Assembly (NCBI GenBank): GCA_034439715.1
Contig: JAWXAY010000016.1
Location: 1 to 54,873 of the forward strand
DNA length: 54,873 bases
Reading direction: 5' to 3'
Source of the DNA: Pseudomonadota bacterium
GTDB taxonomy: Bacteria > Bdellovibrionota > Bdellovibrionia > Bdellovibrionales > SG-bin7
Part shown: positions 28,930 through 38,591 of the stretch, piece by piece
How positions within the stretch are numbered: position 1 is the stretch's first letter
Layout of the letters: every line of letters begins with the position of its first letter
Notes under the pieces: generated by a model
Databases searched by the model: none
What the model was told of the DNA's origin: nothing
What the model saw: only the letters and a program-made list of their open reading frames with translations
Made by a program: the position numbers and the translations under genes

Positions 28930-28942
28930 TCTCAAAATGAGA
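28930..28942. promoter_or_regulatory. Palindromic site TCTCA-AAA-TGAGA
   Basis: Perfect copy, about 80 bp upstream of the RCC1 gene start. Confidence 0.65.
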
Positions 28943-28955
28943 TAGCAGCTGCCAT

Positions 28956-29855
28956 TTACGAAATCTTGGCTCGTTTCGTTATTGGAAGGAAAAAGATGTA
29001 GCACGAAACCATGACAGCGGAAAAAAACACAAGACCCATTGTGAGTCCAATCATGAGATGAAAAATTACACCGCTCAATAAAACGAACGGTCGAATCTTT
29101 GGCATCCATACTAAGACCGGAAAATACGTTTCAAATAAGACCGTGAAATAGGTACCTAAAATAATAATAATTGGCCACTGTGACAAAAATGTAAAATCCA
29201 CAATTGCCAATTGAGAATTAGTGATTGCACCCCATAACGCCGTTCCATCCCACCAAGGCTGGCCCTTTAACTTTTCCATTCCCGTATATCCATATATCAC
29301 ACACAACTGAATCTGAAAAAATCGAATCGCAACCGAGTTCAAGGCATCACTTAGGGGTCTAACCTTATCTATTGGTTTAAAAAATAAATTAAGAACACTG
29401 TAGTGCCGAGTTGAGTCGGCGAGGCATAGGTAAAATAAAAAGAAACTCGCCAAAAGGTCTGCGCCATACATTATGGGTGGATTTCGGAATACAAACGTGA
29501 GATGCAAAAATAATACAACACACTGAAACCATCTACCAAAGACACCCAAAGCCATTACAAAAATACTAACTAAAAATGTTGAATGGAGAATAAGTATCAT
29601 CAGGTCATTTTTGGGGAACCAAACAAAAGGTCTCGTGTAAAAATGCGAGAGAATCTCCTGAGCTACCTGCCATGTGACAAAGCCGGAATCAAAGAAATAA
29701 AATTCGACATCTTTTTGCCGATAGGCATACATGACAAACAAAACCAATCCAAACACCATGCGAAAGAGTCCCAGTCTGCTGAACTCTTTTTGTCCAAACC
29801 AAAACTTGTCCCAGACTCTTGCAAGCTCCGTTATTATTTTTTCTGGTTTTATCAT
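28956..29855 (-). CDS. HTTM-domain membrane protein (SdpB / vitamin K-dependent carboxylase-like superfamily)
   Basis: LGLFRMVFG, RNP..MYGAD, QIQLCVIY.YTG.EKL.G..WWDGTA, G..FH..IG..MGL..FS. Confidence 0.85.
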   Translation of the reverse strand: MIKPEKIITELARVWDKFWFGQKEFSRLGLFRMVFGLVLFVMYAYRQKDVEFYFFDSGFVTWQVAQEILSHFYTRPFVWFPKNDLMILILHSTFLVSIFVMALGVFGRWFQCVVLFLHLTFVFRNPPIMYGADLLASFFLFYLCLADSTRHYSVLNLFFKPIDKVRPLSDALNSVAIRFFQIQLCVIYGYTGMEKLKGQPWWDGTALWGAITNSQLAIVDFTFLSQWPIIIILGTYFTVLFETYFPVLVWMPKIRPFVLLSGVIFHLMIGLTMGLVFFSAVMVSCYIFFLPITKRAKIS

Positions 29856-30442
29856 TGGAAGGCCTCTTCAATCGGAGACGGCGCCTGACTATCTATTTGG
29901 TTTCCGGGACAGACAAATTTTTGCACTCCCCCTCCTTGAGGGTCTTCGATATCAGAAGCTTTTACAAAATCTTTGGCCTTCTCAATATTCGCGACAGGAT
30001 AAAAAAATACTTCCAATAAAACACCGGTCATTTTTGGCGATTGGCGACAGACCCACGCCACAAAGGTTTTCTCAAGGCGCTCCGGTTCCATTGATATAAA
30101 ACGCGTGGCATACAATCGTCTGCGCCAATTGTCCCAATCGGGATCCCGTTGATTTTTAGGCGGAAAAAACCTTTTCTCGCTCTCTAAAAGCTCAAAACCT
30201 TTTTCAGAATCATCGACAGCGTCTTTTTCAGAATAAGTAACATACTCAATGTACATTTTGGGTCCGGGCCATGGCGAGAAAAACTGCCAAGGCGTGTTCA
30301 TGTTTAGTGAGTTGGCATAGGGCAAAAGAAAGGTATCGAGCTTACGGCTTAAGAGCGAAGAAGAGTTTGGAAATAGTAAAATAACAAACAGATGGTAAAC
30401 AATCCAAAGTGAAACAATTCCTTTAAATACCTTGAGCCCCAT
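29852..30442 (-). CDS. HTTM-partner protein (SdpA/DUF5819-like)
   Basis: N-terminal TM segment with YH, then WQFFSPWP motif; ATGA overlap with the HTTM gene. Confidence 0.65.
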   Translation of the reverse strand: MGLKVFKGIVSLWIVYHLFVILLFPNSSSLLSRKLDTFLLPYANSLNMNTPWQFFSPWPGPKMYIEYVTYSEKDAVDDSEKGFELLESEKRFFPPKNQRDPDWDNWRRRLYATRFISMEPERLEKTFVAWVCRQSPKMTGVLLEVFFYPVANIEKAKDFVKASDIEDPQGGGVQKFVCPGNQIDSQAPSPIEEAFQ

Positions 30443-31379
30443 TGCCCTCTATCGCCTCTTTAGGTTTATGTGCTATTTCATATTTCTCCAGCCACTTGAT
30501 ATCTTTTTCGTCCGCGGCCTGCCCAAGAGCGACAGTTTCGCGAATGTCCTCAGCTCGCTCTCGGTCGCGCTTTTCACGCTGCCTAAGTTTTTCTCCTTCA
30601 AAAAAATCTGTGGATGTAGAAATAGTTTCGAGCTCGGTTACGATTTGCAGAAGTTGCTCTTCGCCCATTGAGTATTCATTGTCAATGGCATCACCCAGTT
30701 TTTCGCTGACTTGATCGAGCGTTAATTTATCGCCCTCGTCCTCGGTAATACCCTCAGGAATTAGTTCATCAATTTCACTCAAACTTGGCAACTCTTTGAG
30801 ATTTCTAAGACCAAAAATATCTAAAAACTTTTTTGTGGTGGCATATTGCATGGGTTTTCCGGGTACATCACTCTTGCCGGCAAAATTAACCAAGCCTTTT
30901 TCCATAAGCGCTCTGACTAAGTGACCTGATTCCACGCCACGGATTTGATCAACCTCAGCTTTGGTGAGTGGTTCTCGGTAAGCTATTATAGAAAGTGTTT
31001 CTAATGAAGGGCCGGTCAAACGAAAGGATTTGGTTTTTCCCATATTACGTAGATAACGGGTATTATCTAGCTTTGTTCGCAATTGATAACCGCCAGCTAC
31101 TTGCTCTAAAGAAACTCCCTTTTTAGCAGAAGCGTACTCAATTGTCATTCGATCGAGTGCATCCTTAATCTGTTCTTTTTTTACTCCCGTGCCTTTAAAC
31201 GCCTGCTTAATGGTGAGCTGGCCTAGTGGTTTTTGACTAACAAACAAAATGCTTTCAATAATTGATTCAATTCGCTCAGGCTCTAATGTTTCAAAGCCGA
31301 CTGTTTCAATGCCGTCCGAATCGCTAGCGACTTCAGACTCTTCGGATTCATGTTCTGCAATTTTTTCTAGTTCAGACAT
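30423..31379 (-). CDS. scpB: SMC-Scp complex subunit ScpB
   Basis: IESILFVS.KPL, VAGGYQLRT, LETLSIIAYREP.TKAEVDQIRGV, PG.P.QY.TT..FL..FGL..L.ELP. Confidence 0.95.
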   Translation of the reverse strand: MSELEKIAEHESEESEVASDSDGIETVGFETLEPERIESIIESILFVSQKPLGQLTIKQAFKGTGVKKEQIKDALDRMTIEYASAKKGVSLEQVAGGYQLRTKLDNTRYLRNMGKTKSFRLTGPSLETLSIIAYREPLTKAEVDQIRGVESGHLVRALMEKGLVNFAGKSDVPGKPMQYATTKKFLDIFGLRNLKELPSLSEIDELIPEGITEDEGDKLTLDQVSEKLGDAIDNEYSMGEEQLLQIVTELETISTSTDFFEGEKLRQREKRDRERAEDIRETVALGQAADEKDIKWLEKYEIAHKPKEAIEGNGAQGI

Positions 31380-32292
31380 CGAAAGTGTTCTCCTTTTCTG
31401 AATTACCTAATTTCTCTTCTGCCGCCAAGATTTCTTCGTCAGTGGCGATTTCAATATTTTGGAACTCTTCTGGCTCTGACTCTGACTCCGTCAACAATTC
31501 ACCAGATAAATTAACTTTCTGTTGCGTATCAAATTCCTCAGTCCGCCAGATAACGTGCTCGTCAATTTCCTTAATTGGCTCGATATAAATATTTCCAAAG
31601 AGATCCGATTGGTAAACTGACACGTAACCCATTTTACTCATCTCTAGAAGAGACAGAAAGGTGACAAGAATTTTTTCTTTCCATTCTTCTTTTGGTAAAA
31701 TATCCCACAGGCTTGTTTTACACCCAATGATCAATTTGCTTTTGAGTTCAAGGATTCGAGACGCCACCGACTGAACTCTCATGGCAACCCGGTGAATATT
31801 TTTACCTATTTTTTTAACGGCCCGCCGATAGCCCGAGATTAAACAAAAAAGTGCATTATCGTCGTCGAGTAAAATAGCCGCATCGTCCTCGGCCACCTCG
31901 ATCACGACAGCCGGAAGATCACTCGCCCACCAATCGCGACCTAGAAGGGGTTTTTCATACAATTTTATAGAGGCCTCTTTGTACATTTGATATTCGATCA
32001 ATCGTTTTACTAAATCTTTTCGCGGATCAAGATCCGCAATTTCTTCGCCCTGCTCGTTATACTGAGGGAGAAGCATTTGTGATTTAATATGAATCAGTGT
32101 GGCAGCCATCGCGATAAATTCGCCAGCTAACTCTAAATCAAGTTCGCGCATGCGACGTATGTAGTCTAAATACTGAGCCGTAATTTTATGTATCTCGATG
32201 TCATAGATGTCCATCTCTTCTTTTTTGATGAGATGTAACAAGAGACCTAGAGGTCCCTCGAACCGACTTAGTTGCACTACCATTGCATTCAA
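31372..32292 (-). CDS. scpA: Segregation/condensation protein ScpA (kleisin)
   Basis: FEGPLGLLLHLI, AGEFIAMAATLIHIKS.MLLP, DPR.DLV.RL.EY, VTFLSLLEM. Confidence 0.95.
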   Translation of the reverse strand: MNAMVVQLSRFEGPLGLLLHLIKKEEMDIYDIEIHKITAQYLDYIRRMRELDLELAGEFIAMAATLIHIKSQMLLPQYNEQGEEIADLDPRKDLVKRLIEYQMYKEASIKLYEKPLLGRDWWASDLPAVVIEVAEDDAAILLDDDNALFCLISGYRRAVKKIGKNIHRVAMRVQSVASRILELKSKLIIGCKTSLWDILPKEEWKEKILVTFLSLLEMSKMGYVSVYQSDLFGNIYIEPIKEIDEHVIWRTEEFDTQQKVNLSGELLTESESEPEEFQNIEIATDEEILAAEEKLGNSEKENTFDV

Positions 32293-32294
32293 AA

Positions 32295-33311
32295 CTAAAC
32301 TCCCCCCGTAAACTTCATAGCTTCACGCACTCGCTTTAAGGTCTTTTGTGCTTCAACTCGCGCTTTATCACAACCCTGAATAATCATTGAATCTAATTTT
32401 TTATGGTCATTCAACAATTCTTTTTTAAGTTCTCGAGGTTTCTCGCATAAAGTATTGATATTACCTACTAATCTCATTTTACAATCACCGCAACCAATGC
32501 CCGCAGTTGTACAACCTTCACGCACCCATTTTAGATCGCTAGAGGACGAAAAAAGCGTATGGTAAGTATAAACGTTACAGACATCGGGGTCGCCCTTATC
32601 TTCGCGGCGAACTCTGGCCGGGTCAGTCGGCATTTTCATAATCGTCTTTTCTAAAATTTTGGGCTCCATGCTGAGTTCAATAGTGTTTCCGTAGGACTTT
32701 GACATCTTACGACCGTCTAGGCCCGGCACAAGGGGTGTGTCGGTAAATAGAGGCTTTGGTTCTGGCAGCTTTGCTTTATAAATTCCGTTAAATCTACGAA
32801 TAACTTCTCGACTAATTTCAAGATGTGAAGCTTGATCCTGACCGATCGGCACAAAATCGCCCAAGTACATAGCGATATCGGCTGACTGCAGCACGGGGTA
32901 AGCAAAGCGTCCTAAATTGTGAGTGTCATTTTGCTTGGCTTCGATTTCGGCATCCTTCCATGAGGGCACTCGTTCAAGCCACCCCATGGGAGTTAAATTT
33001 GCTAAAATCATAAAAAGTTCCAAATGCTCGGGTACACGACTCTGCACAAACACAGTGCTTTTTTCAAAATCGATTCCCCATGCATACCATTCGGCGATGA
33101 CCTCTCTGATGTAACCATCAACTTCAAATGTTGATTTGTATATTGAGGTCATAGCGTGCCAGTCCATTGCGCCAAAAAAACACTCGTGCTCATGTTGAAG
33201 TTTTAACCAATTCCGAATGACACCAAAAAAGTGACCAATGTGAAGCCGGTGAGTTGTACGCATCCCACTCACTACGCGTTTCTTTTTGAGGTCTGAATTT
33301 CCGTCGCCCAT
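32295..33311 (-). CDS. trpS: Tryptophan--tRNA ligase
   Basis: SGMR.T..LHIGH, YPVLQSADI, VPIGQDQ..H.E..R, KMSKS. Confidence 0.96.
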   Translation of the reverse strand: MGDGNSDLKKKRVVSGMRTTHRLHIGHFFGVIRNWLKLQHEHECFFGAMDWHAMTSIYKSTFEVDGYIREVIAEWYAWGIDFEKSTVFVQSRVPEHLELFMILANLTPMGWLERVPSWKDAEIEAKQNDTHNLGRFAYPVLQSADIAMYLGDFVPIGQDQASHLEISREVIRRFNGIYKAKLPEPKPLFTDTPLVPGLDGRKMSKSYGNTIELSMEPKILEKTIMKMPTDPARVRREDKGDPDVCNVYTYHTLFSSSSDLKWVREGCTTAGIGCGDCKMRLVGNINTLCEKPRELKKELLNDHKKLDSMIIQGCDKARVEAQKTLKRVREAMKFTGGV

Positions 33312-33974
33312 TTAGATCAAAAACCTTTCGAACACTCCCACCATTAAGGAATAGGTCCAAAAAACAGGATAGGCCACGAATCGCAGCGCGCCCGTAACCA
33401 TGAGGGCGATTAATATCATACTAGATACATGCTGAGACTCTTCCAATTTATGATTAAGAGAGTTCGGCAAAAATCGCGCAAGAACTTTTCCGCCATCTAG
33501 AGGGTGAATTGGCAACATATTGAAAAATGCTAAAAATAAATTAGTCAGTATAAAACTTCGCAACATTTCAACAGGAGCAGTGAGAGTCTGGACCTGGGTC
33601 AGATAGACATAGCCGACTAAAGCAATTGTCCCGATAAGCGCCAAAAGCATGTTCGCCAAGGGACCCGCCAGCGCCACCCAAAACATGTCTTCTCGGGGTT
33701 TATCGAAATTTCGCTCGTTGACAGGCACAGGTTTGGCCCAACCAAAAAAAATGCCCGAGGGATAGATAATTCCTAATATTGGCAAAATGAGTGTACCTAA
33801 AATGTCCATGTGAGCCAGGGGGTTCATCGTTAGCCGGCCCATCAATTCCGCCGTATTATCGCCTTTCCTTTTGGCCATCCAGGCGTGAGCAAATTCGTGA
33901 AAGCAGAGAGCAAATAAAAAAGGAATATACTTAAGAGTTATTCCTTTAACTACCTCTAGTAAGTCTATATTCAT
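33312..33974 (-). CDS. Site-2 protease family (M50) metalloprotease
   Basis: HEFAH, GD.TA...GRLTMNPL.H.D, VALAGPLAN, FNMLPIHPLDG. Confidence 0.93.
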   Translation of the reverse strand: MNIDLLEVVKGITLKYIPFLFALCFHEFAHAWMAKRKGDNTAELMGRLTMNPLAHMDILGTLILPILGIIYPSGIFFGWAKPVPVNERNFDKPREDMFWVALAGPLANMLLALIGTIALVGYVYLTQVQTLTAPVEMLRSFILTNLFLAFFNMLPIHPLDGGKVLARFLPNSLNHKLEESQHVSSMILIALMVTGALRFVAYPVFWTYSLMVGVFERFLI

Positions 33975-34119
33975 TCCTCAAACGCTAACCTATCCCCCGA
34001 CTCCCGTCCAGTTATTTAAAGGCTCGAAAGGCCACGAGATGTTGACTAGTTTATTTGCATTTCTATGCTAACTACGTCATCATTCTTTTTTTAAGGTTTA
34101 GCTGCTAAAATGGGGAATT

Positions 34120-35121
34120 ATGAATAGAAACTTGCTTATCATTCGGTTTTCTAGCATCGGCGATATTTTGCAATGTTTAGGTGTGCCCAATGCTTTTCAT
34201 TTAAAATTCCCCACAAGTAATATTGATTGGTTAGTAAGAAGTGACAACGCCTTTTTGGTGCAATCTAATCCTCACATCGTAAACACAATTGGCTTTCAAC
34301 GGAATACGGGATTGTGGGGTCTGATCCGTCTAGGTATTCAATTGAGAAAAAATCACTATACACATATTTATGATGCTCACAATAACTGGCGCTCTCACAT
34401 TGTGTGCTGGCTTTTGACTTCGCGATTGGGGACGTCCAAACCGCCGCAACAACTATTAAGACGTTCTAAATTTCGCATCAAAAGGTTTCTTCTTTTTACT
34501 CTAGGAATAAATACTTTTTCTAGGCCATTTATGGGACAGGGCTCTTATTTGGCGCCTTTGATTTCATGGTTGGGCGTCCCAGAGCTTCCGCCGGCCCCGC
34601 AGTTGTATCTCAATCAAGAGACTCTCGATTCTGTTCGGCGCAAGATTATTTGCCCCACGCCCTTTGTGGCTCTCGTGCCCTCGGCGGCTTGGAAAATGAA
34701 GCGATGGCCGGTAGCGCACTGGAAGAAATTAGTTACGCTCTTACCCAATGAAAACTTTGTTATATTAGGTGGACCACAAGATTCTTTTTGTGAAGAAATT
34801 GCCAAAGTTTCTCCGCACAGAACACAGAATCTGAGTGGTAAACTGACGCTGATCGAAAGTTGTGCCGTCGTCCAGTTAGCGCGCCTTACTATTTCTGCGG
34901 ACACGGGGTTACTCCATGCGGCTGATCAACTCGGAAAAAATGCCATTGCCCTCATTGGACCTACCTTTTGCTACCCGTCTCGTCCTACAGTCAAAGTTCT
35001 TGAAGTTTCAAATCTTAAATGCAAGCCTTGCTCCAAAGATGGCCGCGGCCGTTGCTCTCAAACAGTTTATCAGCGATGTATGGTCGATATTACTCCGCAA
35101 AATGTGGCCAGTAATGTTTAG
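34120..35121 (+). CDS. Glycosyltransferase family 9 (LPS heptosyltransferase-like)
   Basis: LLIIRFSSIGD, PSAAW..KRWP, DTGLLHAA. Confidence 0.9.
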   Translation: MNRNLLIIRFSSIGDILQCLGVPNAFHLKFPTSNIDWLVRSDNAFLVQSNPHIVNTIGFQRNTGLWGLIRLGIQLRKNHYTHIYDAHNNWRSHIVCWLLTSRLGTSKPPQQLLRRSKFRIKRFLLFTLGINTFSRPFMGQGSYLAPLISWLGVPELPPAPQLYLNQETLDSVRRKIICPTPFVALVPSAAWKMKRWPVAHWKKLVTLLPNENFVILGGPQDSFCEEIAKVSPHRTQNLSGKLTLIESCAVVQLARLTISADTGLLHAADQLGKNAIALIGPTFCYPSRPTVKVLEVSNLKCKPCSKDGRGRCSQTVYQRCMVDITPQNVASNV

Positions 35122-36415
35122 AGCCTTTTTTTACCTTTGGCTATATCGCCTGATATTGCACCCCATTTTTTGGATCGTCCTTTGGTTTTTTTCTTTTTTT
35201 AATAAAAAAATAGCCACCGGTTTTTTGTTGCGACAAAAAATAGCTAACGCTTACCCTTGGCTAAAATTTGCCAAAAATACAAAACCAATTTGGCTTCACT
35301 GCTCTTCGATGGAATTTGAGTACGCCAAACCCGTCATCCGCGAAATCAAAAGACAAAACCCCGCGCAAAAAATCATAGTGACCTATTTTTCGCCGTCAGC
35401 TCAACGAGCGGTTGAGGGTTTTGCCGGCGTTGATTTTGCTTGCCCGTTGCCATGGGATTTTTGGTGGGTTGTCAAAGAATTTATCGATTATCATAAACCT
35501 AAAATGTTGCTGTACGCACGCACTGATGTGTGGCCTGAGGTTACGGTTCAATGTTTGTTACATGGTATTCCCACCCTGCTTTTTTCAGCAACACTCACTC
35601 AAACAAGCAGTCGCCTCAGAGTATTCTCACTGGGATTTACACGGTGGTGTTATTCGCTTATAACTAAAATTTTTAGCGTGAGTCAGAGTGACCAAAATAA
35701 TTTTAAGCGAGCCGGAATCGAGCGCAATTGCTTGGTGCTAGGAGACACTCGCTACGATCAGGTGCTCTATCGCTTGCAAAATCCAAAGGTGCTTAAAAAT
35801 ATTTTTCCGACTAAGAATTCATCTTTACGTACCGTAGTTTTTGGCTCCACCTGGCCCGAAGACGAATGTGTGATATTTGCAGCAATTGAACAGTTAAAAA
35901 ATAAAAACCTATGCTTTGTTATCGTACCCCATGAGGCAACCGCCGCACATATGCAAAACATTTCTCAGCACAAAATCGTACGCTACTCGCTATTTAATGG
36001 CACCTTAAAATTAGACGATGTTTTAGTGATAGATCAAGTGGGAATATTGGCTGAACTATACACTCACGCCGACTTGGCTTTTGTCGGTGGTTCATTTAAA
36101 AAAAACGTGCATAGCGTGATGGAACCGCTTGCCGCTGGCAATGTAACTCTTGTGGGACCCTATTATGAGAACAATCGTGAAGCGGTGGAGTTTCAAGAGA
36201 TAAATCTTAAAGGTGACTCTTCACGTTTTCCGCTATTAGCGAGACCTGTTGGTGTGATCAAAAGCTCTGCTGATTTAACAAAATATCTCTCGCAGCTTTC
36301 AGACGTTACAGCAGGAGAATTAAGCCTTATTCGAGACGAAATAAAAGGACTAGTACAGGCACGCGCGGGAGTGACTCGAAAATTAATGAATAAAATTATG
36401 CAAGAATTTAGTTAA
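35114..36415 (+). CDS. waaA: Kdo transferase (GT30)
   Basis: IWLHCSSMEFE, TYFSPS, LPWD, GDTRYD, GST W.EDE, G.LAELY..ADLAFVGGSF...HSVMEP. Start taken at MFRAFF. Confidence 0.88.
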   Translation: MFRAFFYLWLYRLILHPIFWIVLWFFSFFNKKIATGFLLRQKIANAYPWLKFAKNTKPIWLHCSSMEFEYAKPVIREIKRQNPAQKIIVTYFSPSAQRAVEGFAGVDFACPLPWDFWWVVKEFIDYHKPKMLLYARTDVWPEVTVQCLLHGIPTLLFSATLTQTSSRLRVFSLGFTRWCYSLITKIFSVSQSDQNNFKRAGIERNCLVLGDTRYDQVLYRLQNPKVLKNIFPTKNSSLRTVVFGSTWPEDECVIFAAIEQLKNKNLCFVIVPHEATAAHMQNISQHKIVRYSLFNGTLKLDDVLVIDQVGILAELYTHADLAFVGGSFKKNVHSVMEPLAAGNVTLVGPYYENNREAVEFQEINLKGDSSRFPLLARPVGVIKSSADLTKYLSQLSDVTAGELSLIRDEIKGLVQARAGVTRKLMNKIMQEFS

Positions 36416-36452
36416 TCCGAAGATATACTAACATTAAAACAAAACTTTTTTA

Positions 36453-37436
36453 TTACCGCCACGGACCACTGCATGTTCCCCTTGCAAGGTATCCTAAGTT
36501 TACAGTTATGCCCGCCGCAGTGCTGGAAGCCACGCTGGAAAATTTAAAAAAAGCAGCGGCAGCTGAAAGCACTCCAGATCCAGAATAGGTTCTAGTATTC
36601 CAAGTCATTGAAATTCTAGTTGAAAAATTTGCGGGGAGGGTGCCACCCCTTAATGTTCTTGTCGCGATTCCGGTGGCTGAGATTGCTCCACCCGCATCAG
36701 TGGCCGAACAGGTGGCCGTCTGGTTTATATCTGCCCCGCCAGCACCAGCCGGCCCAGTTGGCAGAGCGCAATTAGGAGCTGAATAAGTTCCGCCTAGAGC
36801 GAGGCACATCTGTTCGACCTGAAGATCCGAAAGCCCGCCTGGCCCTCCCGTTGACGCTGGGATTACGGGCACCAGTGTACCTGCGGCACACTCAATGATG
36901 GTACCTGTGGGATCCGTCTGAAATTGCATAGCGATGGGTTGCCTTGTTTGGCTGCCCCCCATAACGACTCCCCGCTTGGTTATCGTTACTAACATGTTGG
37001 CCCGATAAATAAAATTATCGGCATCTGATAGCTCGAACCCTGATAAACTAATATTTGAAACCCAGACCGAAATGCCTGGGTTAGTCGGAAGTGCAGGGGG
37101 AATAATTACCGGCATTACCACGCCACCCTGATCTACAATTCTTGCCATTGTCATGGTCAATCCACCCAGAGGCGGTTGGATCTGACTGCCACTAAAATTA
37201 GAAATATTTAAAGTGCACGATTTCTGATTTCCAAGAACCATTCTGGCCAATGTAACTAAGTTATTAGCTTCTCCGGCAAGACGGACTGCATTCACGGCTC
37301 TAAACTGTGTGATAATGAGTTGGCCGATGCCCAACATGGCAATTAGGCCAATAGACGAAGCTACCATAACTTCGATAAGTGAAAAGCCAAATAAATTATT
37401 ATTCCTGCAGATACGGTGTTTCATTTTGATACTCAT
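36453..37436 (-). CDS. Prepilin-type (G|FSLIE) pilin or pseudopilin, copy 2
   Basis: Class III signal peptide G|FSLIEVM with E+5 and a hydrophobic helix; paralogue of the adjacent gene. Confidence 0.85.
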   Translation of the reverse strand: MSIKMKHRICRNNNLFGFSLIEVMVASSIGLIAMLGIGQLIITQFRAVNAVRLAGEANNLVTLARMVLGNQKSCTLNISNFSGSQIQPPLGGLTMTMARIVDQGGVVMPVIIPPALPTNPGISVWVSNISLSGFELSDADNFIYRANMLVTITKRGVVMGGSQTRQPIAMQFQTDPTGTIIECAAGTLVPVIPASTGGPGGLSDLQVEQMCLALGGTYSAPNCALPTGPAGAGGADINQTATCSATDAGGAISATGIATRTLRGGTLPANFSTRISMTWNTRTYSGSGVLSAAAAFFKFSSVASSTAAGITVNLGYLARGTCSGPWR

Positions 37437-37459
37437 CCCCAGAGTAGATTAAACTAGAA

Positions 37460-37476
37460 AATCTCATATTGAGATT
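37460..37476. promoter_or_regulatory. Palindromic site AATCTCA-TAT-TGAGATT
   Basis: Perfect 7-3-7 palindrome in the 54 bp gap upstream of prepilin copy 2. Confidence 0.65.
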
Positions 37477-37490
37477 ACTGGCACCAGGTT

Positions 37491-38369
37491 TTAGTTAATT
37501 CGTGGACAAACCACTGTTTGAGGAGCGTTGCAAAAGATTTGCCCCCTTGCTGTAGCTCCAGGATATGTAGTGCATGATCTTTTGGTTGTTGTTACCTGGT
37601 TTATGCAATCACTTATGCCCCCAGTACGACTATTATCGCTCGGCGTGCAAGACCCCCCTTGTGGGCATTGATAAAGCGCCACCACCGCACCACCAGCAGG
37701 GGGAGGAACCGTAGGCAAAGTACAAGTTGAGCCGTTCACAATTCCGCCAAGGTAAATACAAATATCTGAGAGCGCAAGTGGGCCACCCGGGCTACCAGGG
37801 GGTGGTAAAACAGGAACTAGCGCTCCTGCCGCACACTCCATAATTGTTCCTGCGGCATCTGTCAGAAATTGCATAGCGATGGGTTGTCTTGTTTGACTGC
37901 CCCCCATTACCACTCCACGTTTAGTTACTGTCACGGTCATATCGGCCCGGTAAATAAATTCAGCAGGATCCGGGCGCACGAATCGGGATAAACTAATATC
38001 TGATACCCACACCGAAACAGCGGGATTAGCCGGAAGTGCAGGAGGAGGAATTACCGGTATTACTACGCCACCCTGATCTGCAATTTCACTCATTTTCATA
38101 GTCATGTTACCCGGATTTGCTGGGATCGTGCTTCGACTAAATTTGTTAATATTAAATTTGCAGGCGGTCTGATTTCCAAGCACCAATCTGGCCAATGTAA
38201 CTAAGTTATTGGCCTCGCCACTCATGCGCACCGCACTCACTGCTTTAAACTGTGTAATGATAAGTTGGCCAATGCCCAACATTGCAATTAGACCAATAGC
38301 TGAAGCTACCATTACCTCGATTAGTGAAAAACCTAATAATTTATCATCTTCGCAGTGTCGGCGTCTCAT
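37491..38369 (-). CDS. Prepilin-type pilin or pseudopilin, copy 1, with a Cys-rich tip
   Basis: G|FSLIEVM; C-terminal LYQCP..C...C.NQ...C...C...C. Confidence 0.85.
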   Translation of the reverse strand: MRRRHCEDDKLLGFSLIEVMVASAIGLIAMLGIGQLIITQFKAVSAVRMSGEANNLVTLARLVLGNQTACKFNINKFSRSTIPANPGNMTMKMSEIADQGGVVIPVIPPPALPANPAVSVWVSDISLSRFVRPDPAEFIYRADMTVTVTKRGVVMGGSQTRQPIAMQFLTDAAGTIMECAAGALVPVLPPPGSPGGPLALSDICIYLGGIVNGSTCTLPTVPPPAGGAVVALYQCPQGGSCTPSDNSRTGGISDCINQVTTTKRSCTTYPGATARGQIFCNAPQTVVCPRIN

Positions 38370-38500
38370 TTTGATACCTCATCTTCATATCTGTATACAT
38401 CTTTTATTCTAGCAAATACACTTCTAAGAACATAGCTAATTTTTTTCTGGCTTAATTTGTTTTTTGGGTCCCTTAGGTATATTCGTTTTAAAACTGAAAT

Positions 38501-38513
38501 TCTCATTCTGAGA
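38501..38513. promoter_or_regulatory. Palindromic site TCTCA-TTC-TGAGA
   Basis: Perfect copy between the divergent prepilin and hydrolase genes. Confidence 0.65.
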
Positions 38514-38591
38514 TTTCCTACATTAAATATGGTTAACCAATGCATAAAGGTTTATTTTTATTGAATTCCTTTTTAAGACCGAAAAGAGTTT

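Noticed and set aside
34916..35113. Long N-terminal extension of waaA in the ORF track (similar extensions for hydA, the nitrilase, the RND permease and the RCC1 gene)
   Set aside because: They overlap upstream genes or precede a better RBS-supported start; downstream starts were used.
36453..38369. Shufflon (invertible pilV cassettes)
   Set aside because: Both are full-length genes in the same orientation; there are no inverted silent cassettes, repeated crossover sites or recombinase.
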